This document shows positions 49,356 through 59,813 of a stretch of DNA of 64,000 nt, piece after piece (position 1 is the first letter of the stretch; every line of letters begins with the position of its first letter). Origin of the DNA: Bacillota bacterium (GTDB taxonomy: Bacteria > Bacillota > Sulfobacillia > UBA8153); assembly GCA_040756655.1 (NCBI GenBank), contig JBFLYN010000006.1:19865-83864 (forward strand), in the 5' to 3' direction. The position numbers and the translations under genes were made by a program. The notes below the pieces were generated by a model that saw nothing but the letters and a program-made list of their open reading frames with translations, had not been told where the DNA came from and did no database searches.

Positions 49356-50723
49356 CTACATGCCCGCAGGCTTCTTGCTCTTTTCCGCAGGTTTGAGTGC
49401 GTAACGCAGCACGAAGTATGCCATGCCGATGAGGTACCACCAACCCGAGAGCACGAAGGCGTCCCGGCCCAGCCGGGTCAGGGTGAAAGCCAGCACCGCC
49501 AGGGTCAGGACCTGGAGGACGATGCCCCCGGGGGCGGTGAATACAGCTTTGACGTCGGTGCGGTAAATCCTTGATCCGATGACCGAAAGTACGATGATGA
49601 TCACGAGCACCCCGAAGGTAAATGACCCGGTGCTGATGATCTTCATGGTCAGGTATGGAAAACAGGCGATAACGGCTGCCATCGCAGAAACAAAGGTGAG
49701 CGCAAAGACCGGGGTCTGGGTCTTGGGGTGGACCTTGGCAAACGCCCGGGGCAGAAGACCTGTCCTCCCCATGGCCATGAGGGTGCGCCCGGAGTCCATG
49801 ATCATCACCAGCATGGTGGTGGTGATGGCAAACAGGGCCGCCACCGATACCAGGTTCATGAGCCAGCCGGCACCGGGGGCAAAGTGCACGATGGCAAAGT
49901 GCAGCGGGGCGTAAAACCCGAAGGACCCTTCGGTCACTGCCTGCCAGTTGATGATCCCGTACGTGGACACCAGCACCAGGGCGTACAGGGCAATGGTGGT
50001 TATCAACGACCACCCCATGGCCCGGGGGATGGTGCGCCGGGGATCCCGGACTTCCTCAGCCACGCTGGCAACGGCAATGACCGAGCCGTAGGCAAGCATG
50101 GCAATGGGGATGGCGGAGACAAACCCCTGCATACCCAGGAATCCGGCAAAGAACGGGGTGAAGGCGTCGGGTCTCATGTTGGGCAAGGCCTGCAAACTGA
50201 AAACCAGGCAAATGGCCATAAGGCACGCGGTGAGGATCAGGTTTGCCCGCCCCATAAGGGTGATCCCCAGTACGTTCAAAAGCCACACTAGGCCCACGGA
50301 CAAAAGTCCCAGCGGGACCACATACTGGTCAGCCCCGGGCAGAAAGGCCGACACGTAGTTGGCGATGAAGATGGCTCCGAAGGCTGCACCCAGCACAGTA
50401 ACGTTCACCCAGGACCAGGCCGCCAGCCAACCTCCCAGTTGCCGCACGGTTTCGTTGTTGCCCAGTGATTCCGACGGGTAGACATAGAGGCCCCCGGCGC
50501 GCGGGAACTTCGTGGCCATTTCGGCGACGTTAAGGGCATACAGACAGACGATGAGTCCACCTACCACCCACGCCAATAGTGACGCAGGACCGGCCAGAGA
50601 AAAGGTGACACCAGACAGAGTGAATATCGCCATCCCTACCATGCCGCCGACGGCGATCATGAAGCAATCCCAAAAACCCAACGCTCCCTGTTTCAGTTGC
50701 ACCTCCGCGGGCTGCTTCTCCAC
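49356..50723 (-). CDS. APC-family amino acid permease
   Basis: GGMVGMAIF, AEMATKFPRAGGLY, AEEVRDPRRTIPRA, ~12 TM segments. Confidence 0.93.
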   Translation of the reverse strand: MEKQPAEVQLKQGALGFWDCFMIAVGGMVGMAIFTLSGVTFSLAGPASLLAWVVGGLIVCLYALNVAEMATKFPRAGGLYVYPSESLGNNETVRQLGGWLAAWSWVNVTVLGAAFGAIFIANYVSAFLPGADQYVVPLGLLSVGLVWLLNVLGITLMGRANLILTACLMAICLVFSLQALPNMRPDAFTPFFAGFLGMQGFVSAIPIAMLAYGSVIAVASVAEEVRDPRRTIPRAMGWSLITTIALYALVLVSTYGIINWQAVTEGSFGFYAPLHFAIVHFAPGAGWLMNLVSVAALFAITTTMLVMIMDSGRTLMAMGRTGLLPRAFAKVHPKTQTPVFALTFVSAMAAVIACFPYLTMKIISTGSFTFGVLVIIIVLSVIGSRIYRTDVKAVFTAPGGIVLQVLTLAVLAFTLTRLGRDAFVLSGWWYLIGMAYFVLRYALKPAEKSKKPAGM

Positions 50724-51224
50724 TGGCTATCCCTCCCAAGATATGGTCTATTGCTCCCGAAAGACTAAAAGGGGCTGCTGGCTCACCTCCCTCAAAATGG
50801 ATTTCCGTTATGCTATAAGGGTCTACCGTGATCTCCGGAACCACTACTGCCGAATGACTGGTCCACGCACGTATAGTGCACATAGTCACAAACTTCAGCG
50901 CGCATGAATGTTTCCGCACAGCAAAATCGATTTGTGTTTCTACATGACTGCGCCAGATTCCTGCTGCTTCTTCACACTTATCCGGCTTCCATGGATCATG
51001 TGGTCTGTGGGCTGGTAACGTGCCCGAGCATACCAAGCACAGCCGGCCCGCTACTCCGGGCCGTTGGCGGACCAATGGGGTTGCCTGGCTATGACCCAGG
51101 AAACAGGCTCTGGCAGGAGTAGCGGGTGTGGTGGCATGACCCCCGAAGACACGGTGCAACCGTCAGCCACTGGACCACCTCAGCTCTAGGACGGGCGCGG
51201 CCGTTCCATCACTGTCCCGGTGGC

Positions 51225-51255
51225 GCCGGCTTCTGCTTCAAAAACAGAAGCCGGC
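51225..51255 (-). terminator. Hairpin downstream of arsM
   Basis: GCCGGCTTCTG-N9-CAGAAGCCGGC. Confidence 0.5.
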
Positions 51256-51298
51256 CCGTCTTGCCCGGACCGGCTGTCTACTGTGACGGGTCGGCTGT

Positions 51299-52513
51299 CT
51301 AGAACTCCAGTACCATGCACTGGGCACTTTCTGGGCAGATGACGGCGAACTCCGGGGAGTTCCGGATGGCGGTGGGTGCCTCGTGACGCTGGGCAGACGT
51401 AAACCCGAACCTGGTAAAGAAGCTGGCGGCCCCCATAGTCAGGAGGTACACGGCCCGCGTGCCGGTAGCCTGCAGCTTCTTCAGCATGGTCCCAACCAGC
51501 CGGGTACCCAGCCCCCACTGCTTGAGCCCGGGGGATACTGCCACTGATCGCAAGAGGGCAAAATCGCCGTGGTGTTCGACTCCCGCCACTCCCAGGATGG
51601 CGCCCCCGTCTGCCACCAGGAAATTCGCAATGTGGCTGGACACTCCGTCAGTAGGCAGGCCCAACAGGGCCAGGAGCTCCTCAATGTCCCGAAGATCCCC
51701 AGGACAGGCCGGGCGGATCACATAGGGCGGGGGCGGACCCGGTTTGCGAGCACGCACAAAGGCGCTAAGGATGACCCCGGGTTCATGGATCTGGGCACCG
51801 CAGTCGTAAAGTTCCTCCACGCTGACGGCTTCCATGCCCGCGTCCTCCAGGTACTGACGGTACTCGTCCACCCGGAGTGCTCCGGCCACGCACTGGGACC
51901 AAAGCTGGGGATCATCGCGCATGGCCGAAGACAGCGGCTTGGTGAGCACCACGTCCGTCACGGCGAACCTGCCGCCGGGCTTGAGCACCCGCCCTACTTC
52001 CCTGAAGACCTGCCGTTTGTCGGGACTCAGGTTGATGACACAGTTAGAAATGACCACATCGAAGGTATCCTGGGCAAAGGGCAGGCTCTCGATCTCGCCC
52101 TTGAGAAACGTCACGTTGGTGATCCCCGCTTCTTTCTGTTGGGCTCGAGCCGTCTCCAGCATGGCGTCGGTCATGTCCAGGCCGTAGACGTGCCCGGTCG
52201 GGCCCACGCGTCTGGCTGCCAAGAAGACGTCGATGCCGGCGCCACTCCCCAAGTCCAGCACCACTTCCCCAGGTCTTAGCGCGGCCAGTGCCGTGGGGTT
52301 CCCACAGCCGAAAGAAGCCTGGACCGCCCCGGCAGGCAGGCCCCTGGTTTCCTGGGTGCTGTATAGCTGGCCGGTAGGCGCCGACGAACAACAACCCCCC
52401 TGCACCATCTCTAGAGCCTTGGTGTACTGCTGGCGCACCTGGGCCTTGATAGCGTCGTCGCCCGTGGCCGGGCAGCACACTTGAGTCGAACCTCCCCCAC
52501 AGCAGTTCTTCAT
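51299..52513 (-). CDS. arsM: Arsenite S-adenosylmethionine methyltransferase fused to an ArsN2-like GNAT acetyltransferase
   Basis: [34 protein letters not shown]; C-terminal LLRSVAV..GLG..VYLLT..FF.RFGF..EF..ICPESA. Confidence 0.9.
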   Translation of the reverse strand: MKNCCGGGSTQVCCPATGDDAIKAQVRQQYTKALEMVQGGCCSSAPTGQLYSTQETRGLPAGAVQASFGCGNPTALAALRPGEVVLDLGSGAGIDVFLAARRVGPTGHVYGLDMTDAMLETARAQQKEAGITNVTFLKGEIESLPFAQDTFDVVISNCVINLSPDKRQVFREVGRVLKPGGRFAVTDVVLTKPLSSAMRDDPQLWSQCVAGALRVDEYRQYLEDAGMEAVSVEELYDCGAQIHEPGVILSAFVRARKPGPPPPYVIRPACPGDLRDIEELLALLGLPTDGVSSHIANFLVADGGAILGVAGVEHHGDFALLRSVAVSPGLKQWGLGTRLVGTMLKKLQATGTRAVYLLTMGAASFFTRFGFTSAQRHEAPTAIRNSPEFAVICPESAQCMVLEF

Positions 52514-52833
52514 CTGATCTCCTCCCTCTGGCCGTACCTGCTTACCAGTTCCCGGGCCAGCTCGTGGAAGACCCCCGGACTGAGGGCGTAATACTTCCAC
52601 CAGCCGCGGGTGGTCTCGGTGACCAGGCCGGCCTCCTTCAGCTCTTTTAGGTGGTAGGAGATGCGGGACTGGGAAAGCCCAAGCCCTGCCACGATATCGC
52701 ACACGCAGACTCCCCCGTCCCGGTCCGGACTCACGCAGCGTGCCTGGCGGCCCCGGGCGAGGATGTCCAGGATGTGGGTGCGGGTCGGGTCAGCCAGGCA
52801 CCGCGCCAGCCGGTTCAGGTCCATCTTTGCCAC
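52510..52833 (-). CDS. arsR: ArsR/SmtB-family repressor
   Basis: LADPTR, VCVCDI, LSQSRISYHLKELKEAGLV. Confidence 0.92.
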   Translation of the reverse strand: MAKMDLNRLARCLADPTRTHILDILARGRQARCVSPDRDGGVCVCDIVAGLGLSQSRISYHLKELKEAGLVTETTRGWWKYYALSPGVFHELARELVSRYGQREEIR

Positions 52834-52845
52834 CTCCCGGCCGCA

Positions 52846-52871
52846 ATCATATCAAAATCCTTTGATATGAT
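52846..52871. promoter_or_regulatory. ArsR operator (11-4-11 inverted repeat)
   Basis: ATCATATCAAA-ATCC-TTTGATATGAT just upstream of arsR. Confidence 0.75.
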
Positions 52872-52958
52872 CAAGTGCAACCTGCTCCGGTCCCGGCAGA
52901 AAGCAAGGTGGTCACAGGGGAAGCCAGGGAGCAGGTGCGATGGCGGTGGGCTTGCGGG

Positions 52959-54143
52959 TCAGTCCGCTCTCTGGGCCTGGACGGACCAAGCGGGCGCCGC
53001 CCGGCGCCCGGTCAACCACGCGAATCCCAACATGCCCAAAAAGCTCAATAGGCCCGCAGCTGCAAACGACGTGCCGATGCCCCATACTTCCATCACCAAG
53101 CCGCCCAGGAACGACCCGGAGGCCATGCCCAGGCTCATGGCCGTACCCGTCACGCCCATGATGCTTCCCATGCCCACTTCCCGCCCCTTGTCGACCGAAA
53201 GGGCGGTAATGGCCGGCACCGATACCCCGCCGCTCAGGGCCAGTATGATGCAGACGGCAGCCAGCTGCCAGGGCGTCACGGCCCGGGGGGTCAGGAAAAA
53301 GGCCAAGGGTGCAAAAGCATAGCCAAACAGGGCCAGCCGGCGGCGGTCAAAACGGTCCGACGCTGCCCCGAACACCGGCTGCATCAGCGATTCCACCACC
53401 GAGCGGGCGGAGATGAGCGTGCCGGCAGTGAAAGGAGAAAGACCCACCATACCCACCCACAGCGGAAAAAGGCCGGTGAAGATCCCTCGTCGCTGGGCCA
53501 GGAAGGACCGCCCCCAGATGAGTCCCTGTATGGTGCGATCGCCCCACAGCACTCTCAGGGGGACCAGGGAATGCCCTTTACTGGTGTACGCCCCTTTTCT
53601 TTCGGGGACATAGGCCAAAACCATGACCAGGGCCAGCGTCGACAGGACGGTCATGCCGTAGAAGGGCGCGGCCGGGCTTACCCACTGGGCCAGAAGCCCT
53701 CCCATAGGTGGGCCTATGGCAAAACCAGCAAAGAACGATAGGTTATAGAAGGACATGACTGTGCCCTCTTTGCCAGGGGGCGTGAGGGAGCCAGCATAGG
53801 CCCGGGCCACCGGCTCAACCATGGAACCAAAAAACCCCTGTAGAAGCCTCCAGACGAAGAGCTGCCATGGGGCCTGGGCGCTCAAAAACCCCAGTGCCAC
53901 CAGGGCATAGGCGGCTAAGCCCGTGACCAGGAATCTCTTCGTCCCGTGAGCATCCGCCAGCCGTCCAAAGATTATCTCGAAGATGCCGCGCATCAAGGGG
54001 TTGGCCCCCAAGATCAGACCTACCCAGATGCCGGTGGCACCGAGAGCCTGGGAGTACGCCGGAAGCAGGGGAATTATGAAGCTCACGCCGGTGGAAATAG
54101 AGAGCATGGAGGTGACCAGTGCGGCGAAAGTGCGTCTGTCCAA
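52959..54143 (-). CDS. MFS transporter (DHA1-like)
   Basis: GRLADAHG and GAASDRFDRR loop motifs, RLLQG, GFAIGPPMGG; 12 TM. Confidence 0.92.
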   Translation of the reverse strand: MDRRTFAALVTSMLSISTGVSFIIPLLPAYSQALGATGIWVGLILGANPLMRGIFEIIFGRLADAHGTKRFLVTGLAAYALVALGFLSAQAPWQLFVWRLLQGFFGSMVEPVARAYAGSLTPPGKEGTVMSFYNLSFFAGFAIGPPMGGLLAQWVSPAAPFYGMTVLSTLALVMVLAYVPERKGAYTSKGHSLVPLRVLWGDRTIQGLIWGRSFLAQRRGIFTGLFPLWVGMVGLSPFTAGTLISARSVVESLMQPVFGAASDRFDRRRLALFGYAFAPLAFFLTPRAVTPWQLAAVCIILALSGGVSVPAITALSVDKGREVGMGSIMGVTGTAMSLGMASGSFLGGLVMEVWGIGTSFAAAGLLSFLGMLGFAWLTGRRAAPAWSVQAQRAD

Positions 54144-54232
54144 GAGAACACCCTCCCACTCGAGGGACGGTTCTCTTCTGGGCGGCCGGATTCCTCTTTT
54201 TTCGCCTCTTGAGTATTCCTGGAACCTTAATT

Positions 54233-55633
54233 TTAGGGAACATGCCTGGGGGGAAAAACCGCCCGGAATACCGTGGAGCCAGGGTGGCTCTGGACACCCA
54301 CCTGGCCGCCGTGGGCCGCAGCGATCTCCCGCACAATCGCCAAGCCCAGCCCCACGCCGCCCGTGTTGCGAGCACGGGCTTTGTCCACCCGGTAAAAGCG
54401 CTCAAAGACATGGGGCAGGTGCTCGGGAGGGATGCCCTCACCGTTGTCTTCGACTTCCACCACCAGCCGCCCGCCCTCCACCCGGGCCCGCACCTGCACC
54501 TGCCCGCCCGGAGAGGGGGCGTGTTTCACGGCATTGTGCAGCAGGTTGTACACCAGGGTCGCAAACCAGCTGGGCTCCAATTCCCAGGCAAGTCCCGGGG
54601 GAACATCCACTTCCAGCGCCAGTCCCCGGGCCTGGGCCATGGTATGCACGCGGTCCAGTGCGGTATGCACAGCTTCCCGTACCAGCACCGGGTGGGTCTT
54701 CAGGCGGTCACGTTGCTGGTACCGGATGAGATCCAAAAGCGCATCGCTCAGAGCCGATAGGCGGTCTACTTCCCGGTCAATATCGCGCAGGAATTCCCGG
54801 TGTAACGAAATATCGGCGCCGGGATCCTCCAGCACCGCCTGGGCCAGCACCTTCATGGAAGCCAGGGGAGAACGCAGTTCGTGGGCAGCATTGCCAATGA
54901 ACAGGCTGCGCAGGCGGTCTTCGTGCTCCAACCGCCGGGCCATGTGGTTGAAGGCCTGCGCCACTTCCACAAGTTCGCTGGTACCCTGCTCCTGGGCCCG
55001 GGTACCCAGGTTACCATCGGCCAATAGCCGAGCTGACCTGGCCAGGCCGCTGAGGGGCCGGGTGAAGTGCACGGCCAGGGCATACCCGCCCATCGCCGCC
55101 AGGAGCCCGCCAGCGAAGGATGCCAGCACCAGCCGGCGGGCCATGGTACGCAGGGAGGTTTCCAAGGGGACCAGGTCGAACGCCAGAAGGACCGCCCCGG
55201 TGAGCTCAAGTCCAGAGAATACGGGCACGGCCGCGTACAGCACACCGCCGTCATCAAGCTGCCGCACGGAGGTCCCCGAACGCCCGGCCAGGGCCTCCTG
55301 GACATCTGGATGACCGGGTACTTGCCCGTCCAGCTGGCCGTATTGGTCGGCTACCACTTCCCCCCGCCAGTTGAACACCAGCACCCGGGCACCTAGCTGC
55401 TCACCCTGGCGCCGGGCAAGGGCCTGCAGCTCCTCTCCAGAGGCCCGGCCCAGAAGGGGTCGCACGGCGTTGGCCGCAATGTTGGCTGACATCAGCAAGG
55501 ATGTGCTCTTTTCCTCGAGAAAGGCGCGGCGGAGCCCCACCAGGGTCAAACCCCCGGTGACCAGTGCGCTGGTAAGTATGGCCGCAAAGAAAGCCGCCAG
55601 CAACCGCCAGCGTAGAGTCCTGAGGATCTTCAT
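54233..55633 (-). CDS. HAMP-domain sensor histidine kinase
   Basis: AAHELRSPL H-box, NLLHNAVKH, EDNGEGIP, FERFYRVD, GGVGLGL. Confidence 0.95.
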   Translation of the reverse strand: MKILRTLRWRLLAAFFAAILTSALVTGGLTLVGLRRAFLEEKSTSLLMSANIAANAVRPLLGRASGEELQALARRQGEQLGARVLVFNWRGEVVADQYGQLDGQVPGHPDVQEALAGRSGTSVRQLDDGGVLYAAVPVFSGLELTGAVLLAFDLVPLETSLRTMARRLVLASFAGGLLAAMGGYALAVHFTRPLSGLARSARLLADGNLGTRAQEQGTSELVEVAQAFNHMARRLEHEDRLRSLFIGNAAHELRSPLASMKVLAQAVLEDPGADISLHREFLRDIDREVDRLSALSDALLDLIRYQQRDRLKTHPVLVREAVHTALDRVHTMAQARGLALEVDVPPGLAWELEPSWFATLVYNLLHNAVKHAPSPGGQVQVRARVEGGRLVVEVEDNGEGIPPEHLPHVFERFYRVDKARARNTGGVGLGLAIVREIAAAHGGQVGVQSHPGSTVFRAVFPPRHVP

Positions 55634-55787
55634 GCGCCCAGCTCCGTCCTTGACCTGCTTACGCTGTCTATTTTAACATAAACCGTGTCCATGCTACTGG
55701 TGTTACACATTTGAAAAAACCCAGCACCAGTTCTGCAACAACTGGCCGGTAGACTGGTACCAGAAGAACCGGAGGAGGATGCCCACC

Positions 55788-56621
55788 ATGAAGCAGCGCG
55801 CGCTGGCCACCGGTATGCTTGTGATCCTGGTCCTGGTCCTGCTGGCCGGGTGCACCGACCCGCAGCAGGCGCCCGGGCGCAACGACGCCGACATCAACCC
55901 GCGGCCAGCCGGGCAGGAAATCACCCTGACCCTGTACTTTCCCATCGTAGGTGGAGCATGGATGGAGATGGAACAGCGGGCGGTGGTGCAAAAGGGCGAG
56001 CCGCTGGAAAGCCTCATTCTTAAAGAGCTCTTACGTGGGCCCAAGTTGTCCGGGCACCAGAGCTACCTGCCTGCCAGCATCATGGCGGGCGTGGAAGTGC
56101 GGGAGCACACAGCTTATGTGTCCCTCTCCCGGGACGCCGAGAACATGCCCTACGAGCAGACGCGCATCCAGCTGCAGGCCATGGTCAACAGCCTCACCGA
56201 GGTGGAGGGCATTGACAACGTGCAATTCCTGGTAGACGGCAAGCAGCAGATGTCGCTGAACATCATCTACATCGGCGAACCCTGGGACCGCACCCTCAAC
56301 CGGGTAGCGCGCCCCGGCTTCCGTCCCATAGCCGACTGCGACCCGCGCCGGGGCGAGATGTTCATCGAAGGAGAAGTGAAGGCAGTCAAAGTGGAGGAAA
56401 ACGCCATTGTCATCGACCAGCACCTCCAGGACGCCCGCTCGGTGAAGGTCAACCCCACGGTGCAACTGCGGTCGGACGTCATCATCCACCTGCAGGGTCC
56501 CGGCCACGAAGCAACGGAGATCACCCTGCCCGAGGTGAAGAAGGGCGATGTAGTTGGTATCATCCTCACCAGCGAAGGGACGGCGCGCGCCGTCATCGTA
56601 GCCAGGCGGGAGCGGTTCTAA
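55788..56621 (+). CDS. GerMN-domain lipoprotein
   Basis: Lipobox LLAGC; TLYFP, ELLRGP, VNSLTEVEGIDNVQFLVDG. Confidence 0.85.
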   Translation: MKQRALATGMLVILVLVLLAGCTDPQQAPGRNDADINPRPAGQEITLTLYFPIVGGAWMEMEQRAVVQKGEPLESLILKELLRGPKLSGHQSYLPASIMAGVEVREHTAYVSLSRDAENMPYEQTRIQLQAMVNSLTEVEGIDNVQFLVDGKQQMSLNIIYIGEPWDRTLNRVARPGFRPIADCDPRRGEMFIEGEVKAVKVEENAIVIDQHLQDARSVKVNPTVQLRSDVIIHLQGPGHEATEITLPEVKKGDVVGIILTSEGTARAVIVARRERF

Positions 56622-56669
56622 GAGTCTTGACCGGGCCGCCGTCACCAAAGTGCGGGGCGTTTTTCGTAG

Positions 56670-57749
56670 TCATCTCTGCAAGAGCCTGACGGTGGAGTAT
56701 CCCATGCCCAGGCCGGCCGGGTAAAAGGGCGGCACAAACGCCACTACCAGGGCGGCGGTGCAGAGGTTGCGGATAAGAGGCCACTGGAGACCGAAGTACG
56801 GGATAATGCCCGCAAGGTAAAGGGCCGCCCCGGCCAGGCCGTACAGGAGCAGCGTCACGGCTACGGAGATGGTGGCCACCAGCGCGGATTCGCCAAAGAA
56901 CAGGACAAAAATGCCGGGTGACCTGACCCCGAAGGTCTTGAGCACGGCCATCTCCGACCTGCGTTCCTGGACGGACAGGGCCATAACGTTCATCATGCCC
57001 AGTGAACAGACCACTAAGAGCATGGTGCTTAGGGTGTAACTCCAGGCCATAGCGTCGCCGTACACGTCCTGCCAGCGCTGGACGCTCCTGCCCCTGGCCA
57101 CCAGCGCCGGGGTCTCGGCGGTAGCCGTCTCCTGCCGGGCCAGCGCCGCCGCCAGGCGGTCCACGTTGGCACCTTCCCGGACCTCGATGAAGACCCGCCG
57201 CTGCGCGAAGCCTTCGGTGCGCTCGTAACCCTCGGTGAGCATAACCGGGACATCATAGGTGAGAAAGGGGCTCTCGAACACCCCGGATATGACAAACTGG
57301 CTCACCACGGAAAAGCCGCCAAACCGAATAGTAACGTTGGTGGTCTCGCCCACGCCAACGTCCGAGCGCAGAACCCACGACCGGGGCACCGCCAGCTCCC
57401 AGGAATCCCGTGGCCAGTAGCCCTCCACCATGACGTAGCCCGTGGTAAAGCGAGAATGGCGCGGGTACGCCAGGATCTCGTGGATGCCCGCGGCCGTATG
57501 AGCCGTGAGGACGAACACCTCCTCGAAATGGCTTACATCCGGGTGATGAGCATACTCCGCGGTGACCGGGTTGAGGATAATGTCCGCCGGCAGGGGGAGG
57601 AAGCCCTCGCCCTCGTCCAGCCCGGTCATGTAGGTGAAGTAATAGGTGGTGACCAGGTTGGTCAGCAGGCCAAGCACTACCCCGGACACCACCAGGGCCA
57701 CCCGGGCCCGGTTTCTGCGCAAGTTGGCCACGATAATATCTACCATCAA
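56670..57749 (-). CDS. ABC transporter permease (FtsX/MacB-like)
   Basis: NLRRNRAR, GMMNVMALSVQERRSEMAVLKTFG. Confidence 0.9.
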   Translation of the reverse strand: MMVDIIVANLRRNRARVALVVSGVVLGLLTNLVTTYYFTYMTGLDEGEGFLPLPADIILNPVTAEYAHHPDVSHFEEVFVLTAHTAAGIHEILAYPRHSRFTTGYVMVEGYWPRDSWELAVPRSWVLRSDVGVGETTNVTIRFGGFSVVSQFVISGVFESPFLTYDVPVMLTEGYERTEGFAQRRVFIEVREGANVDRLAAALARQETATAETPALVARGRSVQRWQDVYGDAMAWSYTLSTMLLVVCSLGMMNVMALSVQERRSEMAVLKTFGVRSPGIFVLFFGESALVATISVAVTLLLYGLAGAALYLAGIIPYFGLQWPLIRNLCTAALVVAFVPPFYPAGLGMGYSTVRLLQR

Positions 57750-58471
57750 CCCGTCTCACCCCGGCCGTGCACGAACTCGCCAGCCTGCATGGTCAGCACC
57801 CGGTCGGTGAACTCGCTGTGCTCCCGGATATGGGTGACCATGAGCACGGCAGTCCGGTGACGCGTGGAGAGCTCGCGCAAAAGGCGCACCACCCGCAGGC
57901 CGTTTTCGTAGTCCAAGCTGCCCGTGGGCTCGTCTGCCAAGAGCACCCGGGGACGGTTGGCCATGGCCCGGGCCACGGCTACGCGTTGCTGCTCACCGCC
58001 GGACAGCTGGTGCGGGAAATGGTCGTGGCGGTGGATGAGGTCCACTTCATCCAGGAGTTCCCGGGCCCTTTGCCGGGCTTCCTTCCGGGATGAACCCGTG
58101 AGCCGTAGCGGTACCATTACGTTTTCCAGCGCAGTCAGGCTGCTTAGCAGGTGGTAGCTTTGGAAAACAAAGCCGACACTGGCCATGCGAGCCTCGGCCA
58201 AGTGGTCCTCGCCGAACCGGGACCGCTGGGCAGCGTCGTAAAAGAGCCTGCCGTCGATCATGATCACCCCGGTGTTGGGGAGATCCAGACCACTCAGGCA
58301 GTATAGTAGGGTAGTCTTGCCGCTCCCAGACGGCCCCACCAGGCACACGAATTCGCCCGCCCGCAAGCTCAGGGAGACCCGGTTCACGGCCGCGACCGGG
58401 CCCTCGGAAGTGCGGAAAAACCTCGAGATGCCCAGGGCCTGCAGGGCAGGGACATCTGCCTTGTTATGCAC
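57746..58471 (-). CDS. ABC transporter ATP-binding protein (LolD/MacB-like)
   Basis: [31 protein letters not shown]. Confidence 0.95.
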   Translation of the reverse strand: MHNKADVPALQALGISRFFRTSEGPVAAVNRVSLSLRAGEFVCLVGPSGSGKTTLLYCLSGLDLPNTGVIMIDGRLFYDAAQRSRFGEDHLAEARMASVGFVFQSYHLLSSLTALENVMVPLRLTGSSRKEARQRARELLDEVDLIHRHDHFPHQLSGGEQQRVAVARAMANRPRVLLADEPTGSLDYENGLRVVRLLRELSTRHRTAVLMVTHIREHSEFTDRVLTMQAGEFVHGRGETG

Positions 58472-59681
58472 CTCTGATCACCTCCGCCGGCCCGGTGCGC
58501 GCGGCCTGAAATATGGGGTAGATTACACTCAAGACAGATACGACCCCGGATGCCAGTGTGACGGTGAACCCGTATTGCGGCCCCAGACCCGGCAGGTCCA
58601 GGATGGACCCCCCGTACCTGGCTACAACTCGTTGTATGACCACGCAGGCCAGGAAGTACCCGGCAAAGCCGCCCAGGCAGCCCAGGACAAAGCACTCAAG
58701 GGACAGAAGGCAAACCAGCTGCCGGGGCTTCCAGCCCAAAGAACGCAGGATGCCCAGCTCCAGCCGGCGTTGCCTGAGCACCACCAGGTTGGTATTGGCC
58801 ATAGCCAGGCAGCTTACAAGGATAATAGCCCAGGCATAGGTGCCCGACACGGCCATAAACCCGCCACCAGACTCTCTAAACCGCGCCCCGGCAAACACCG
58901 ACACGGTCATGTCCTGGGCCCCCATGACCCGGTAACCCGGCAGCAGTTCCCGGGCCCGGGCCGTAGCCTCCGGGTCTTGACCCGGGACCATGATCCCCAT
59001 GAAAAGGCCCGTTGCCAGGCCGGTTGCCTGCTGGAAGGTGGACAGGGGCATGATGAACATGGGTCCTGGCAGCTGCATGGGGGACTGGTATTGCCCGACC
59101 ACCGTAAAGACCAAGGGGTCGGCCCGCCCGTGGTCGAAAACCATCCGGCCGTCGGGAGCGACCCGAAGGGTGGGCAGGTGAAGCCGGACTTCCGACCCCA
59201 CCGGGTACCGGTTCTGCCCGGCGTTGACCAGGACCACAGGCTGCCCCTCATCCTGTGGGCCAAAGGGCCTCCCCCGGCGCACGCTGAGGCCATGGGGGCC
59301 CGAAAACGCCGGGTCACGGGCCAGCAAGGGCACCCGGTGTCCCTCGTCAGTGTAGACAAGGTCCAGGTAGAAGAAGCCCGAAGCCGGGGTGTCCAGGTGT
59401 GGCTGCACTCGGTCCATGGTGACGGTGTAACCATAGCCCGAATCGTCCAGCCGCAGGCCGATGTAGCCCGACGGCAGCCGGCCAAAGCTGGTAGACTGGG
59501 GGAGAACCAGCAGGTTTCCCCCGTATAGACGGGACAGAGGCCGGGCCAGAAGACGGCTCATATCACCGCCCAGGGCAGATACTGTAGTCAGCAGCATGGC
59601 TCCCAGGGCGATCCCGGCTACTACCAGGAGACTGCGGGTGCGGTTTTGGGTGAGACTGCGGAAACAGTAATCCCGGATCAT
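58464..59681 (-). CDS. ABC transporter permease (FtsX/MacB-like)
   Basis: RSLLVVAGIALG, QRRLELGILRSLGW, PAEVIR. Confidence 0.9.
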   Translation of the reverse strand: MIRDYCFRSLTQNRTRSLLVVAGIALGAMLLTTVSALGGDMSRLLARPLSRLYGGNLLVLPQSTSFGRLPSGYIGLRLDDSGYGYTVTMDRVQPHLDTPASGFFYLDLVYTDEGHRVPLLARDPAFSGPHGLSVRRGRPFGPQDEGQPVVLVNAGQNRYPVGSEVRLHLPTLRVAPDGRMVFDHGRADPLVFTVVGQYQSPMQLPGPMFIMPLSTFQQATGLATGLFMGIMVPGQDPEATARARELLPGYRVMGAQDMTVSVFAGARFRESGGGFMAVSGTYAWAIILVSCLAMANTNLVVLRQRRLELGILRSLGWKPRQLVCLLSLECFVLGCLGGFAGYFLACVVIQRVVARYGGSILDLPGLGPQYGFTVTLASGVVSVLSVIYPIFQAARTGPAEVIRGA

Positions 59682-59813
59682 GGTGCCTCCGGCCAGGGAA
59701 TATTTCCATTATGGTACGAATTCGTTGTGGTACGATGTATTCCTGCCTGGCTGGCAGACGGGATCAGACCGGTATATAATCAACGAAAAGCATGTTCGAA
59801 TGGAGGCTTTGCA

